From: Candidatus Kaiserbacteria bacterium | GTDB lineage: Bacteria > Patescibacteriota > Minisyncoccia > Phycocordibacterales > Phycocordibacteraceae | Assembly (NCBI GenBank): GCA_029288835.1 | Contig: JARIGN010000004.1 | Location: 22,313 to 86,312, forward strand | Direction of reading: 5' to 3' | DNA length: 64,000 bases | In this document: one piece after another, positions 50,832 through 58,759 of the stretch | How the letters are laid out: every line of letters begins with the position of its first letter | How positions within the stretch are numbered: the first letter of the stretch is position 1 | Notes under the pieces: model-generated | Told to the model about the DNA's origin: nothing | Databases searched by the model: none | What the model saw: only the letters and a program-made list of their open reading frames with translations | Position numbers and translations under genes: made by a program

Positions 50832-51971
50832 ATGAATACTTTCCCAAAACCAGTACTGAAAGAAGCGATTGATACACCTGAAAACCTTTTTTCTTCTTAT
50901 GAAATTAGTCGCTCACTAGACCTGTATGACGAGCTCCTAGAGGAGTTATTCTTGATTCGTAATCCGCAGTATAAATTTAACCCAAACTATACGACAGAAT
51001 TCCAGCAGTGGAAGGCTGCGTTGGAGACTGCGCAACCTGCGCTCGCGCACGGCATGTGGGCGTATTTCCCTTGGTCTAAAATAGCGGTACGGGTACTGCC
51101 TGATGCGGAACACCTTGAGCTTAGGACGGCACGAAATAAAAACCTCATTACCAAAGAGGAACAAGAAAAGTTTTATAACTCTCGCATTGCGGTTGCTGGC
51201 CTTTCCGTAGGAAGCCATGGCGCACTCACGCTCGCACTCATGGGTGGCGCTCGCACCCTTTTCCTTGCCGATCCCGACACTATTTCAGGGTCAAACCTAA
51301 ACCGCATCCGCTATGACTATACAACAATTGGCAGGAAGAAAGCGGAAGTAGCTGCTGAATATATCTACCAACTAAACCCCTATGCTGAGGTGCATCTTTT
51401 TTCAGAGGGAGTAAGTGCAGAAAATATTGATACATTTCTGGGCGGAGATGAAAAGGTGCAGCTTCTGGTGGAAGAGCTTGATAACCTTGAGATGAAGGTT
51501 CGGCTTCGCCTTGCGGCAAAAGAAAAAGGGATTCCAGTAATTATGGCCACCGATAATGGCGACGGTATTATTATGGACATAGAACGCTACGACCTTAACC
51601 CTAACACTGAGCTCTTTAATGGTGCCCTCGGTCACTTGACGATGGAAGAGTTTTCACAGTTTACCCCGAGCGACCTTCCCAAGCTTGCAACAAAGGTGGC
51701 GGGAGTAGAAGTAGTGGTGCCTCGCATGCTCTTGTCCCTTAAAGAAGTAGGAAAGACTTTGTATTCATGGCCACAGCTTGGTGACGCTGCAACTCTTTCA
51801 GGAGTAGCTATTGCGTATATTGCGCGCAAAATCATTCTTGGAGAACCAGTCCGCGATGGCAAGCACGAGATTAACCTTGATGCGATCTTTGATGCACACT
51901 ATGACTCTGCAGAAGCAGTTGCTGAACGGGAACAGGTTCGTTCAGCTTTTAAGCAGGCACTAGGACTATAG
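50832..51971 (+). CDS. E1-like (ThiF/MoeB/MccB family) adenylyltransferase with ~110-aa N-terminal extension
   Basis: RIAVAGLSVGSHGALTLALMGGARTLFLADPDTISGSNLNRIRY matches the E1 Rossmann and SNLNR motif. No CxxC pairs. Confidence 0.7.
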   Translation: MNTFPKPVLKEAIDTPENLFSSYEISRSLDLYDELLEELFLIRNPQYKFNPNYTTEFQQWKAALETAQPALAHGMWAYFPWSKIAVRVLPDAEHLELRTARNKNLITKEEQEKFYNSRIAVAGLSVGSHGALTLALMGGARTLFLADPDTISGSNLNRIRYDYTTIGRKKAEVAAEYIYQLNPYAEVHLFSEGVSAENIDTFLGGDEKVQLLVEELDNLEMKVRLRLAAKEKGIPVIMATDNGDGIIMDIERYDLNPNTELFNGALGHLTMEEFSQFTPSDLPKLATKVAGVEVVVPRMLLSLKEVGKTLYSWPQLGDAATLSGVAIAYIARKIILGEPVRDGKHEINLDAIFDAHYDSAEAVAEREQVRSAFKQALGL

Positions 51972-51977
51972 GCACCT

Positions 51978-53057
51978 ATGCAGGAAAAGATACGAGCAAT
52001 TGTCGAGAAGGCAGTATGGGCGCCTTCGGGAGACAATTCACAACCATGGGAATTTTCGTTCGTGGATGAATCAACGCTCCAGGTGCATCTCATTCCCCAC
52101 AAGGATAATAAAATACTTAATTATAAGTTGAGTGGCACGTATGTTGCTCATGGCGCATTGATTGAAAACATAGTACTTCTGGCGGGGAAAGAAGGCCTTA
52201 CTGCTTCCGTCATGCTTTTACCCGTTTCTGATGATCCATTGATTACCGCGCAGATTACTTTTAAGGAAAGTGCTTCATCCTCTAACCTTCCAGATCCGCT
52301 TGCTGAGGCAATCCCTGCACGACATACCAACAGGAAGCAGTATGAGCCAAAGCAGCTTTCTGAAGAGGCTCGAGCAAGTATCACTAAGGCTGCTGCAGCT
52401 GCTTCAGATGAAATCACTTTTCATGTACTAGAAGACAAGAAACGTATAAAAAAAGCAGCCTATGCAGAATCCCTGATACAAAAGATTGCTCTTGAGACTC
52501 CCACTCTGCATTCAATTTTCTTTTCTAATATCTTATGGAAGGAAAAGGATAATACCGGAGAGAAACAGGGTCTCTCTCTAAAAAGTATGGAACTTCCTCC
52601 ACCAGTAGAAAAACTTTTTCCGTTGCTTTCCCACTGGCCAGTCACGAAAGCATTTAACAAAATTGGGTTTTCTGCTATGGCCTCAAAAACAAATGGCGAC
52701 CTTTTTGCCTCATCACCCGCCATAGGGCTTGTTTGCGTACGGAAAGAGGAGCCTGTGCAGTACCTTGAAGCGGGCAGGGTATTTGAGCGTGTGTGGCTAG
52801 CGGCGACCGCACAAGGCGTTTCCTTTCAACCCATTAGTGGCTTACTTTTTGTAGCACGAAGGCTTGCTGCAGGGGAGACTGACGCATTAGACTCAAAGCA
52901 TTTTGATGAAATTTCACTAGCGGCGAATGACATTGCCCAAGCTTTCTCTTTGACTAATGGAGAGATACCGCTGATGATGTGTAGGATGGGATACAGCGCC
53001 GCAGCTACGAGCCGATCAAAGAGAGCTGCTCCCGTTTTCCGCACTAGCCATGCTTAG
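51978..53057 (+). CDS. Nitroreductase-superfamily protein, apparently two tandem half-domains (SagB/McbC-type dehydrogenase-like)
   Basis: WAPSGDNSQPWEF matches the nitroreductase FMN-site motif. RHTNRKQY Arg motif. 359 aa. Confidence 0.65.
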   Translation: MQEKIRAIVEKAVWAPSGDNSQPWEFSFVDESTLQVHLIPHKDNKILNYKLSGTYVAHGALIENIVLLAGKEGLTASVMLLPVSDDPLITAQITFKESASSSNLPDPLAEAIPARHTNRKQYEPKQLSEEARASITKAAAAASDEITFHVLEDKKRIKKAAYAESLIQKIALETPTLHSIFFSNILWKEKDNTGEKQGLSLKSMELPPPVEKLFPLLSHWPVTKAFNKIGFSAMASKTNGDLFASSPAIGLVCVRKEEPVQYLEAGRVFERVWLAATAQGVSFQPISGLLFVARRLAAGETDALDSKHFDEISLAANDIAQAFSLTNGEIPLMMCRMGYSAAATSRSKRAAPVFRTSHA

Positions 53058-54687
53058 CACCTTACTTTATTTTCATAATATTGACCTTTTCGTTGTTGGG
53101 ATTACGGTCGCAGGTATCGCCGTCCTAGGCTTTACTGCCTATTTTAGTAACACAAAAAATGCTACGAATGTCTCTTTTTGGCTCTTCACCCTTTCTGCTG
53201 CACTTTGGAGCATTGTAAACTACCTTTTCTACCATATTGCAAACCCCTACCTTGCTTTTTGGATTATTCGCACTGTTATTTTCCTAGCAACGTGGTTTGT
53301 ATTTTTCCTTTTTCAATTTCTTCTCGTGTTTCCTGCAGAAAAGTATATTTTTCCAAAAAAATACCTTTATGGACTTCTACCTCTCACATGTTTCATATCA
53401 TTAATGACGCTTACACCGCTAGTCTTTAATAGTATCGGATCACTCAGCAATACGGGTGCCATCGAAACAATAAATAATGGACCTGGAATATTCTTTTTTG
53501 CCCTTTTTGTCACGTTCTTAATTTTTGGAGGATTGTGGATTTTCATTAAGAAAATGCGCTTAGCGCCTAAAAGTGAAAAGGGACAGTACCGATCAATTTT
53601 GTGGGGGCTTTTTGTTACGTTTTTGTTAATTATAAGCTTCAATCTCGTCTTACCCGCGTTTTACAACAATGCTTCCTTTATTTCCCTTGGTGCACTCTTC
53701 ATACTTCCAACAGTAGTTGCCGCTGGGTATGAAATTGCTAAATATCATTTATTCAGGGTAAAAGTCTTTGCGACGTCTCTCCTTATCTTTTTGCTTTCCA
53801 TTTCTATTCTCCTCGAAGTGCTTTCTTCAGCGACTCTTTTCCAGATCATATTCAGAAGCATGGAGTTTGTCCTGGTCCTTGCCATAGGTATTTTGCTCAT
53901 CCGAAGCGTGCTTCGTGAAGTAGAGCAGCGTGAGCATATACAGGAGCTTGCTAACCAGCTTGAGTTCGCGAACAACCAGCAAGTGGCGCTCATCCATTTC
54001 ATTACGCACCAAGTTAAAGGCTTTCTTACCAAATCCCGTAATGTGTTCTCGATGGCACTCGAAGGGGAGTTCGGTCCCATTCCTGATACCTTTAAGCCGA
54101 TACTCCAGATGGGGCTTGAATCGGACACGAAAGGCGTGAATACCGTCCAGGAAATACTGAATGCATCCAATATTAAAAGCGGCAAAATTACCTACTCAAT
54201 GCAGCTGTTTGATCTCGCCGCACTGCTTTCAGAAATTATTACAACCCTTAAGCCGAATGCCGATGCAAAAAAGCTTTCACTCAAGGTGACGCTTTCTGAA
54301 AATCCTTGCGAGATCCAGGGAGATCGCATGCAGCTTGAAAATGCCTTTAAGAATATTATTGATAATGCTATTAAGTATACCCCTGCGGGTGAGGTTGCCA
54401 TTTCCTTAACCAAGGAAGGGTCACTCGTACGCATTATTGAGCAAGATACAGGCGTCGGTATCACGCCAGAAGATATGGGCAAGCTCTTCACCGAGGGTGG
54501 CCATGGCAAGGAATCTGTAAAGGTAAATGTCGACAGTACCGGCTTTGGCCTCTATATTGTGAAAAATATTATCACTGCCCATAACGGAGAGATTTGGGCA
54601 GAATCCGAAGGGGCGGGGAAGGGATCCAAATTCACTATTGAGCTCCCTATCATGCAGCCCAATACTCCTACAGCAGTAAGCGCCTAG
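53050..54687 (+). CDS. Sensor histidine kinase with ~8 N-terminal TM helices
   Basis: Multi-TM N-terminal half. H-box QVALIHFITHQVKG. N box NIIDNAIKYT, G boxes DTGVGI and GFGLYIVK. Very AT-rich. Confidence 0.8.
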   Translation: MLSTLLYFHNIDLFVVGITVAGIAVLGFTAYFSNTKNATNVSFWLFTLSAALWSIVNYLFYHIANPYLAFWIIRTVIFLATWFVFFLFQFLLVFPAEKYIFPKKYLYGLLPLTCFISLMTLTPLVFNSIGSLSNTGAIETINNGPGIFFFALFVTFLIFGGLWIFIKKMRLAPKSEKGQYRSILWGLFVTFLLIISFNLVLPAFYNNASFISLGALFILPTVVAAGYEIAKYHLFRVKVFATSLLIFLLSISILLEVLSSATLFQIIFRSMEFVLVLAIGILLIRSVLREVEQREHIQELANQLEFANNQQVALIHFITHQVKGFLTKSRNVFSMALEGEFGPIPDTFKPILQMGLESDTKGVNTVQEILNASNIKSGKITYSMQLFDLAALLSEIITTLKPNADAKKLSLKVTLSENPCEIQGDRMQLENAFKNIIDNAIKYTPAGEVAISLTKEGSLVRIIEQDTGVGITPEDMGKLFTEGGHGKESVKVNVDSTGFGLYIVKNIITAHNGEIWAESEGAGKGSKFTIELPIMQPNTPTAVSA

Positions 54688-54705
54688 TTCTGCTATACTC
54701 GACCT

Positions 54706-55965
54706 ATGGAAACAGCCGGAAACCTCCAAAAAGACTTGCTTGCACGCGGCCTTATCGAGCACCACTCCGCCGAGCTAGAGACTATCTTTGCGCAAAAGCG
54801 CACGGTGTACCTCGGGGTGGATCCCTCTGCAGACTCGATGCAGGCAGGGAATTTGGTCGTGATTCTTTTAATGAAGCGTCTTGCAGACGCAGGGCATAAG
54901 GTGATCTTCCTCGTGGGTGGAGGCACCGGCATGATCGGAGACCCGCGCGAAAGCGGCGAGCGCACCCTTGCGGATGCGAAGGTAATCGAGAAAAACAAGA
55001 AAGCCCTTAAGGCACAGTTCCAGCAGATCCTCGGCACGCGCATTCAGCTTGTGGACAACGCAGACTGGCTTTTGAAGGCGAAGCTTGTCGATTTTTTGCG
55101 TGACATTGGAAAGCACTTTACGGTGAACGAGCTCGTGAAGCGCGATATCATCCGCCGCAGGCTTGAAACCCCTGACGAAAGCATTTCATACACCGAGTTT
55201 GCCTACTCACTTTTGCAAGGCTTTGATTTTCTTGTGCTGAACCAAAAGTATGGCTGCAATATGCAAGTGGGTGCGAGTGACCAATGGACAAACATTCTTT
55301 CAGGCGTCGAGCTTATCCGCCGCAAGCTTGGCAAGGAAGCGTTTGCGCTCACCTGCCCGCTCGTAACGGACGCAAATGGCAAGAAGTTTGGCAAGTCAGA
55401 AGGGAATGCAGTGTGGCTGAGCGCACAGAAGACTTCGCCCTATGCCTTCTATCAGTTTTGGCTTAACCAGCCAGATGAGAAAGTGGAGCAGTACCTGAAG
55501 TTTTACACCTTTATGAGTGTGCGCGAGATAGAAGCGCTCGTGGAGCTGCATCGCCGTAACCCAGGCCGACGTGAAGCACAAAAGATGCTTGCGCTGCACG
55601 TAACGGAAATCGTGCATGGAAAGCAGGCTGCGGAAAACGCGCAAGCAGTTTCGGAAGTGCTCTTTGGTGGAAAGCCGCTTGCGGAACTCACCACAAAAGA
55701 GCTTATGCTTTTGGATCAAAACTCCACAACCCATGGAATTAAAAGCTCTGAAATAGAAGCCGGGTATCTTGTCTCAGACGCCCTCGTTGCAAGCGGCCTT
55801 GCCAACTCCAAATCTGATGCCCGAAGGCTTATAGAAGGGAAGGGAGTGTATCTAAATGACGAAAGGGTGGAGTCAGTTTCAGATCAGCTAACTCCATCAT
55901 CCTTTATTCAGAACCATGCAAAGCTAGCGAAAGGGTCACAAATAGTAATTCTTTTCATGAAATAA
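54706..55965 (+). CDS. tyrS: Tyrosine--tRNA ligase
   Basis: YLGVDPSADSMQAGN HIGH-like region. KFGKS (KMSKS). C-terminal S4 domain. Confidence 0.95.
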   Translation: METAGNLQKDLLARGLIEHHSAELETIFAQKRTVYLGVDPSADSMQAGNLVVILLMKRLADAGHKVIFLVGGGTGMIGDPRESGERTLADAKVIEKNKKALKAQFQQILGTRIQLVDNADWLLKAKLVDFLRDIGKHFTVNELVKRDIIRRRLETPDESISYTEFAYSLLQGFDFLVLNQKYGCNMQVGASDQWTNILSGVELIRRKLGKEAFALTCPLVTDANGKKFGKSEGNAVWLSAQKTSPYAFYQFWLNQPDEKVEQYLKFYTFMSVREIEALVELHRRNPGRREAQKMLALHVTEIVHGKQAAENAQAVSEVLFGGKPLAELTTKELMLLDQNSTTHGIKSSEIEAGYLVSDALVASGLANSKSDARRLIEGKGVYLNDERVESVSDQLTPSSFIQNHAKLAKGSQIVILFMK

Positions 55966-56006
55966 GCAGAAGTGAGGCGCAAAGCTATTTGTGATAAGGT
56001 TACTAG

Positions 56007-56651
56007 ATGGCGTCAATACCTGATACACAACATTCGTATGCTATACAAATGTATGAGTCAGGTAACAGTGCTCAAGAAGTGGCAAATTACTATACCGTAA
56101 GCGTGGGAGCTGTCTTTTATATATTGAAGAAATATAAAATACCAAGGAGAAGTACGAGGGATTCGAATGCTATCAAGTATGATCGGGCAGCACCTTCGTT
56201 TATTCTCAAAGAAAACCTTACTCAGGATCAAAAAGAGTTAAAAACTATTGGAGTGATGCTGTATTGGGCTGAAGGGTATAAGATTGGAAAAAATACTATA
56301 GATTTCGCTAACTCAGACCCGTCAATGGTCGTTTTGTTCTGTAAATTTTTACGTCAGATATGTGGAATTACTGAATCTAAAATTCGTTGTTCTTTGTACT
56401 GTTATGACACCCAAGATTTAGCAGTACTTCATTCTTATTGGAGTTCGCTTCTTAGTGTTCCTCTAGCGCAGTTTACAAAACCCTTTATTAAAAAGGCTGA
56501 TGAAGACAGCAAAAGAGGGCCAAGAATGGTGCATGGCCTTGTGCATGTTCGATATTGTGATAAAAAGTTATTACGGCAGGTACTTAATTGGATTGCTGAA
56601 TATCAAATCGAAAGCGTCGGTGGCGGAGTGGTCAATCGCATTGGACTGTAA
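56007..56651 (+). CDS. HTH + LAGLIDADG-like (homing-endonuclease-like) protein; 3' end overlaps tRNA-Tyr by 38 nt
   Basis: N-terminal HTH (YAIQMYESGNSAQEVANYYTVSVGAVFYILKKYKIP). LYWAEGYKIGKNTIDFANSDPSMVVLFCKFL resembles the LAGLIDADG-type motif block. AT-rich gene. Confidence 0.45.
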   Translation: MASIPDTQHSYAIQMYESGNSAQEVANYYTVSVGAVFYILKKYKIPRRSTRDSNAIKYDRAAPSFILKENLTQDQKELKTIGVMLYWAEGYKIGKNTIDFANSDPSMVVLFCKFLRQICGITESKIRCSLYCYDTQDLAVLHSYWSSLLSVPLAQFTKPFIKKADEDSKRGPRMVHGLVHVRYCDKKLLRQVLNWIAEYQIESVGGGVVNRIGL

Positions 56652-56700
56652 ATCCAACGACTTAATGTCTACGAAGGTTCGAATCCTTCCCGGCGCACCA
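56614..56700 (+). tRNA. tRNA-Tyr (anticodon GTA), long variable arm, CCA encoded
   Basis: Hand fold: acceptor GCGTCGG/CCGGCGC with two G-U pairs; D-arm GCG-GAGTGGTCAAT-CGC; anticodon stem TTGGA/TCCAA with loop CTGTAAA; variable arm CGACTTAATGTCTAC; T-arm GAAGGTTCGAATCCTTC; terminal ACCA. Confidence 0.75.
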
Positions 56701-56705
56701 AAAAG

Positions 56706-56727
56706 AAAACGGCCTTCTGGCCGTTTT
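56706..56727. terminator. Terminator hairpin aaaacggcc ttct ggccgtttt after tRNA-Tyr (bidirectional)
   Basis: Perfect 9-bp stem with A-run/T-run flanks. Confidence 0.6.
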
Positions 56728-56732
56728 AGTAG

Positions 56733-57335
56733 TTATGGATGCCTCGTTGAATAGTATATTTCGGGAACACCATAGGTTCTCATCAGCCACCCGAAAGTAA
56801 AGTGCTGTGATACCTTCGTTGACTTGTTTACACTGATCACTACAGTGTGTTCCGTTAGCACGCGTGGCTTCTTAGGATCCGAAAACTCGCGGATTAGATC
56901 GCGCCCTTCAGTCCTGCAGTAGCCACAGCACTTAAGGGTCTGGTTATACTCATGGTCAGGATCACTTTTCAACCACTCCGGCGCGTAATCGTCGATCTGC
57001 TTATCTGCATAGACGACGATCATGAGCAGCTCATACCCGTACTTTCTACACTCAGTAAAGTGATAGTTTTCACCACAGCGCCGAGGCCCCTCTTCTCCCG
57101 GAAAGGGCTTGAGGTTAGCCTGGTACAGGATTTTATACGCCCACTCGCAGGTATGAATTTCCTTGTAACGAACGAGCGCAGCAACACCAACGTGAAAGTG
57201 ACGATGACTTACGCCATATTCCCAAGCGTGCTCAGCGTATTCAAGTAAAATGAGCTTGATCTGCTCAAACGATTTAATTTTGATGAACACCCCTTCCGGG
57301 GTCTCAACCATTCGCTCCTTTCCAGGAGGACGCAT
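56733..57335 (-). CDS. Cys/His-rich hypothetical protein (200 aa), possible zinc-binding nuclease-like
   Basis: AAGGAG RBS before the ATG. Motifs HTCEW, CGENYHFTEC and CCGYC. No family recognised. Confidence 0.45.
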   Translation of the reverse strand: MRPPGKERMVETPEGVFIKIKSFEQIKLILLEYAEHAWEYGVSHRHFHVGVAALVRYKEIHTCEWAYKILYQANLKPFPGEEGPRRCGENYHFTECRKYGYELLMIVVYADKQIDDYAPEWLKSDPDHEYNQTLKCCGYCRTEGRDLIREFSDPKKPRVLTEHTVVISVNKSTKVSQHFTFGWLMRTYGVPEIYYSTRHP

Positions 57336-57428
57336 GGCAAACTCCTTTCAGTTGCGGATAAATACTATACAATAAGCGTAATTTATATCAAGACGCTTGC
57401 TCTAATAACGGTATGCTATCGTATTTAC

Positions 57429-58412
57429 ATGTCTAGCCCATCCACAAAACCAGTGATGCTTTCGGGCATTAAGCCGACCGGTGAAATTCATCTCGGGAAT
57501 TATTTTGGGGCGATGCGTCAACTCGTCGAGCTCGCGAAGTCAGGGAAGTACCAGTCATTCATCATGGTGGCTGACTATCACGCGCTCAATTTCATCCAGA
57601 ATGCAAAAGAAATGCGCGAGCTGTCCCTCGACCTAGCCGCTGCATATATGGCGGTGGGTCTCACGCCGCAAAGCGGAAGCGGGGAAGACCGCGTCGTACT
57701 TTTCAAACAGTCAGACGTGCCTGCGCACACCGAGCTCACCTGGATCTTCGATACCCTCACCACCATGCCCTACCTCATGCGCGCACATGCCTTTAAGGAC
57801 GCTGAGGCAAAGAACCATGAGATAAGCGTGGGGACCTTTAACTACCCAATGCTCATGTCAGCAGACATTCTTTTGTATGACACCCAGCTCGTGCCGGTGG
57901 GGCAGGACCAGAAGCAGCATATAGAATATGCTCGTGATACTGCGGAAAAGTTTAACCGTGTCTTTGGCCAGGAAGTATTTACGCTTCCAAAAGAGCACAT
58001 CATGGAAGAGGTTGCTATCGTACCAGGCATCGATGGCCAGAAAATGAGCAAAAGCTATGGCAACACGATTCCGCTTTTTGCTTCACGCGAAGTCATTACC
58101 GAGCGCGTCATGAGTATAGTGACTGATTCCTCAGGAGAGCGCCCTGAAAATGTGTATGCAATTCACAAGCTTATTAAATCGGAAGCCGAGCTTGCGCCAA
58201 TCTATGAGGAGCACCGAGGAAAGTATAAAGCGCTCAAAGAGGCGCTTGTTGAAGATCTCGATGCGTTCATCGCGCCGCTTCGCACTACATACATCGAGCT
58301 TAAGGATAGTCCTGAAAAGATAACGGCAGCACTCGAGCGCGGTGCAGAGCAGGCGAGGGAAGTGACCAGTAAGAAGATGGCGGAGGTTAAAAAAGCCATT
58401 GGAGTAGCATAA
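57429..58412 (+). CDS. trpS: Tryptophan--tRNA ligase
   Basis: SGIKPTGEIHLGNYFGA (HIGH). KMSKS present. Confidence 0.95.
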   Translation: MSSPSTKPVMLSGIKPTGEIHLGNYFGAMRQLVELAKSGKYQSFIMVADYHALNFIQNAKEMRELSLDLAAAYMAVGLTPQSGSGEDRVVLFKQSDVPAHTELTWIFDTLTTMPYLMRAHAFKDAEAKNHEISVGTFNYPMLMSADILLYDTQLVPVGQDQKQHIEYARDTAEKFNRVFGQEVFTLPKEHIMEEVAIVPGIDGQKMSKSYGNTIPLFASREVITERVMSIVTDSSGERPENVYAIHKLIKSEAELAPIYEEHRGKYKALKEALVEDLDAFIAPLRTTYIELKDSPEKITAALERGAEQAREVTSKKMAEVKKAIGVA

Positions 58413-58449
58413 AAATAAAATAATTGTATAGTGCATACAGAAAGGAAAT

Positions 58450-58704
58450 ATGGAAATGCCGAAAAAACCACGACCTGCTGCAGTAGAAGCAGCACGGTAT
58501 CGAGAAGATACTGCTGCCCTAAGTGCGATGGGCAAGAAGGGTGCTGAAGCAGCAAACCGTGTAAAGGCTGGTAAGAAGTCTTTAGCGGAAGTTGAAGCCG
58601 CGCTTCGCGCTGAACGAGACGCTGCTGATCGGCGCGCCATGGACGAACAGGCAAACTACCATATTTTGGATCCAGACGGCAACCCTCCGTTAGGACAAGA
58701 GTGA
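58450..58704 (+). CDS. Small Ala/Lys/Arg-rich hypothetical protein (84 aa)
   Basis: GGAAA RBS. No motif recognised. Confidence 0.4.
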   Translation: MEMPKKPRPAAVEAARYREDTAALSAMGKKGAEAANRVKAGKKSLAEVEAALRAERDAADRRAMDEQANYHILDPDGNPPLGQE

Positions 58705-58711
58705 ACTATAG

Positions 58712-58752
58712 CGCCCCGATGCTTTATACAAGCATCGGGGCGTGTTATTTTA
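58712..58752 (+). terminator. Intrinsic terminator: 13-bp stem cgccccgatgctt...aagcatcggggcg + T-rich tail
   Basis: Seen directly in the sequence. Confidence 0.65.
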
Positions 58753-58759
58753 TATACAT

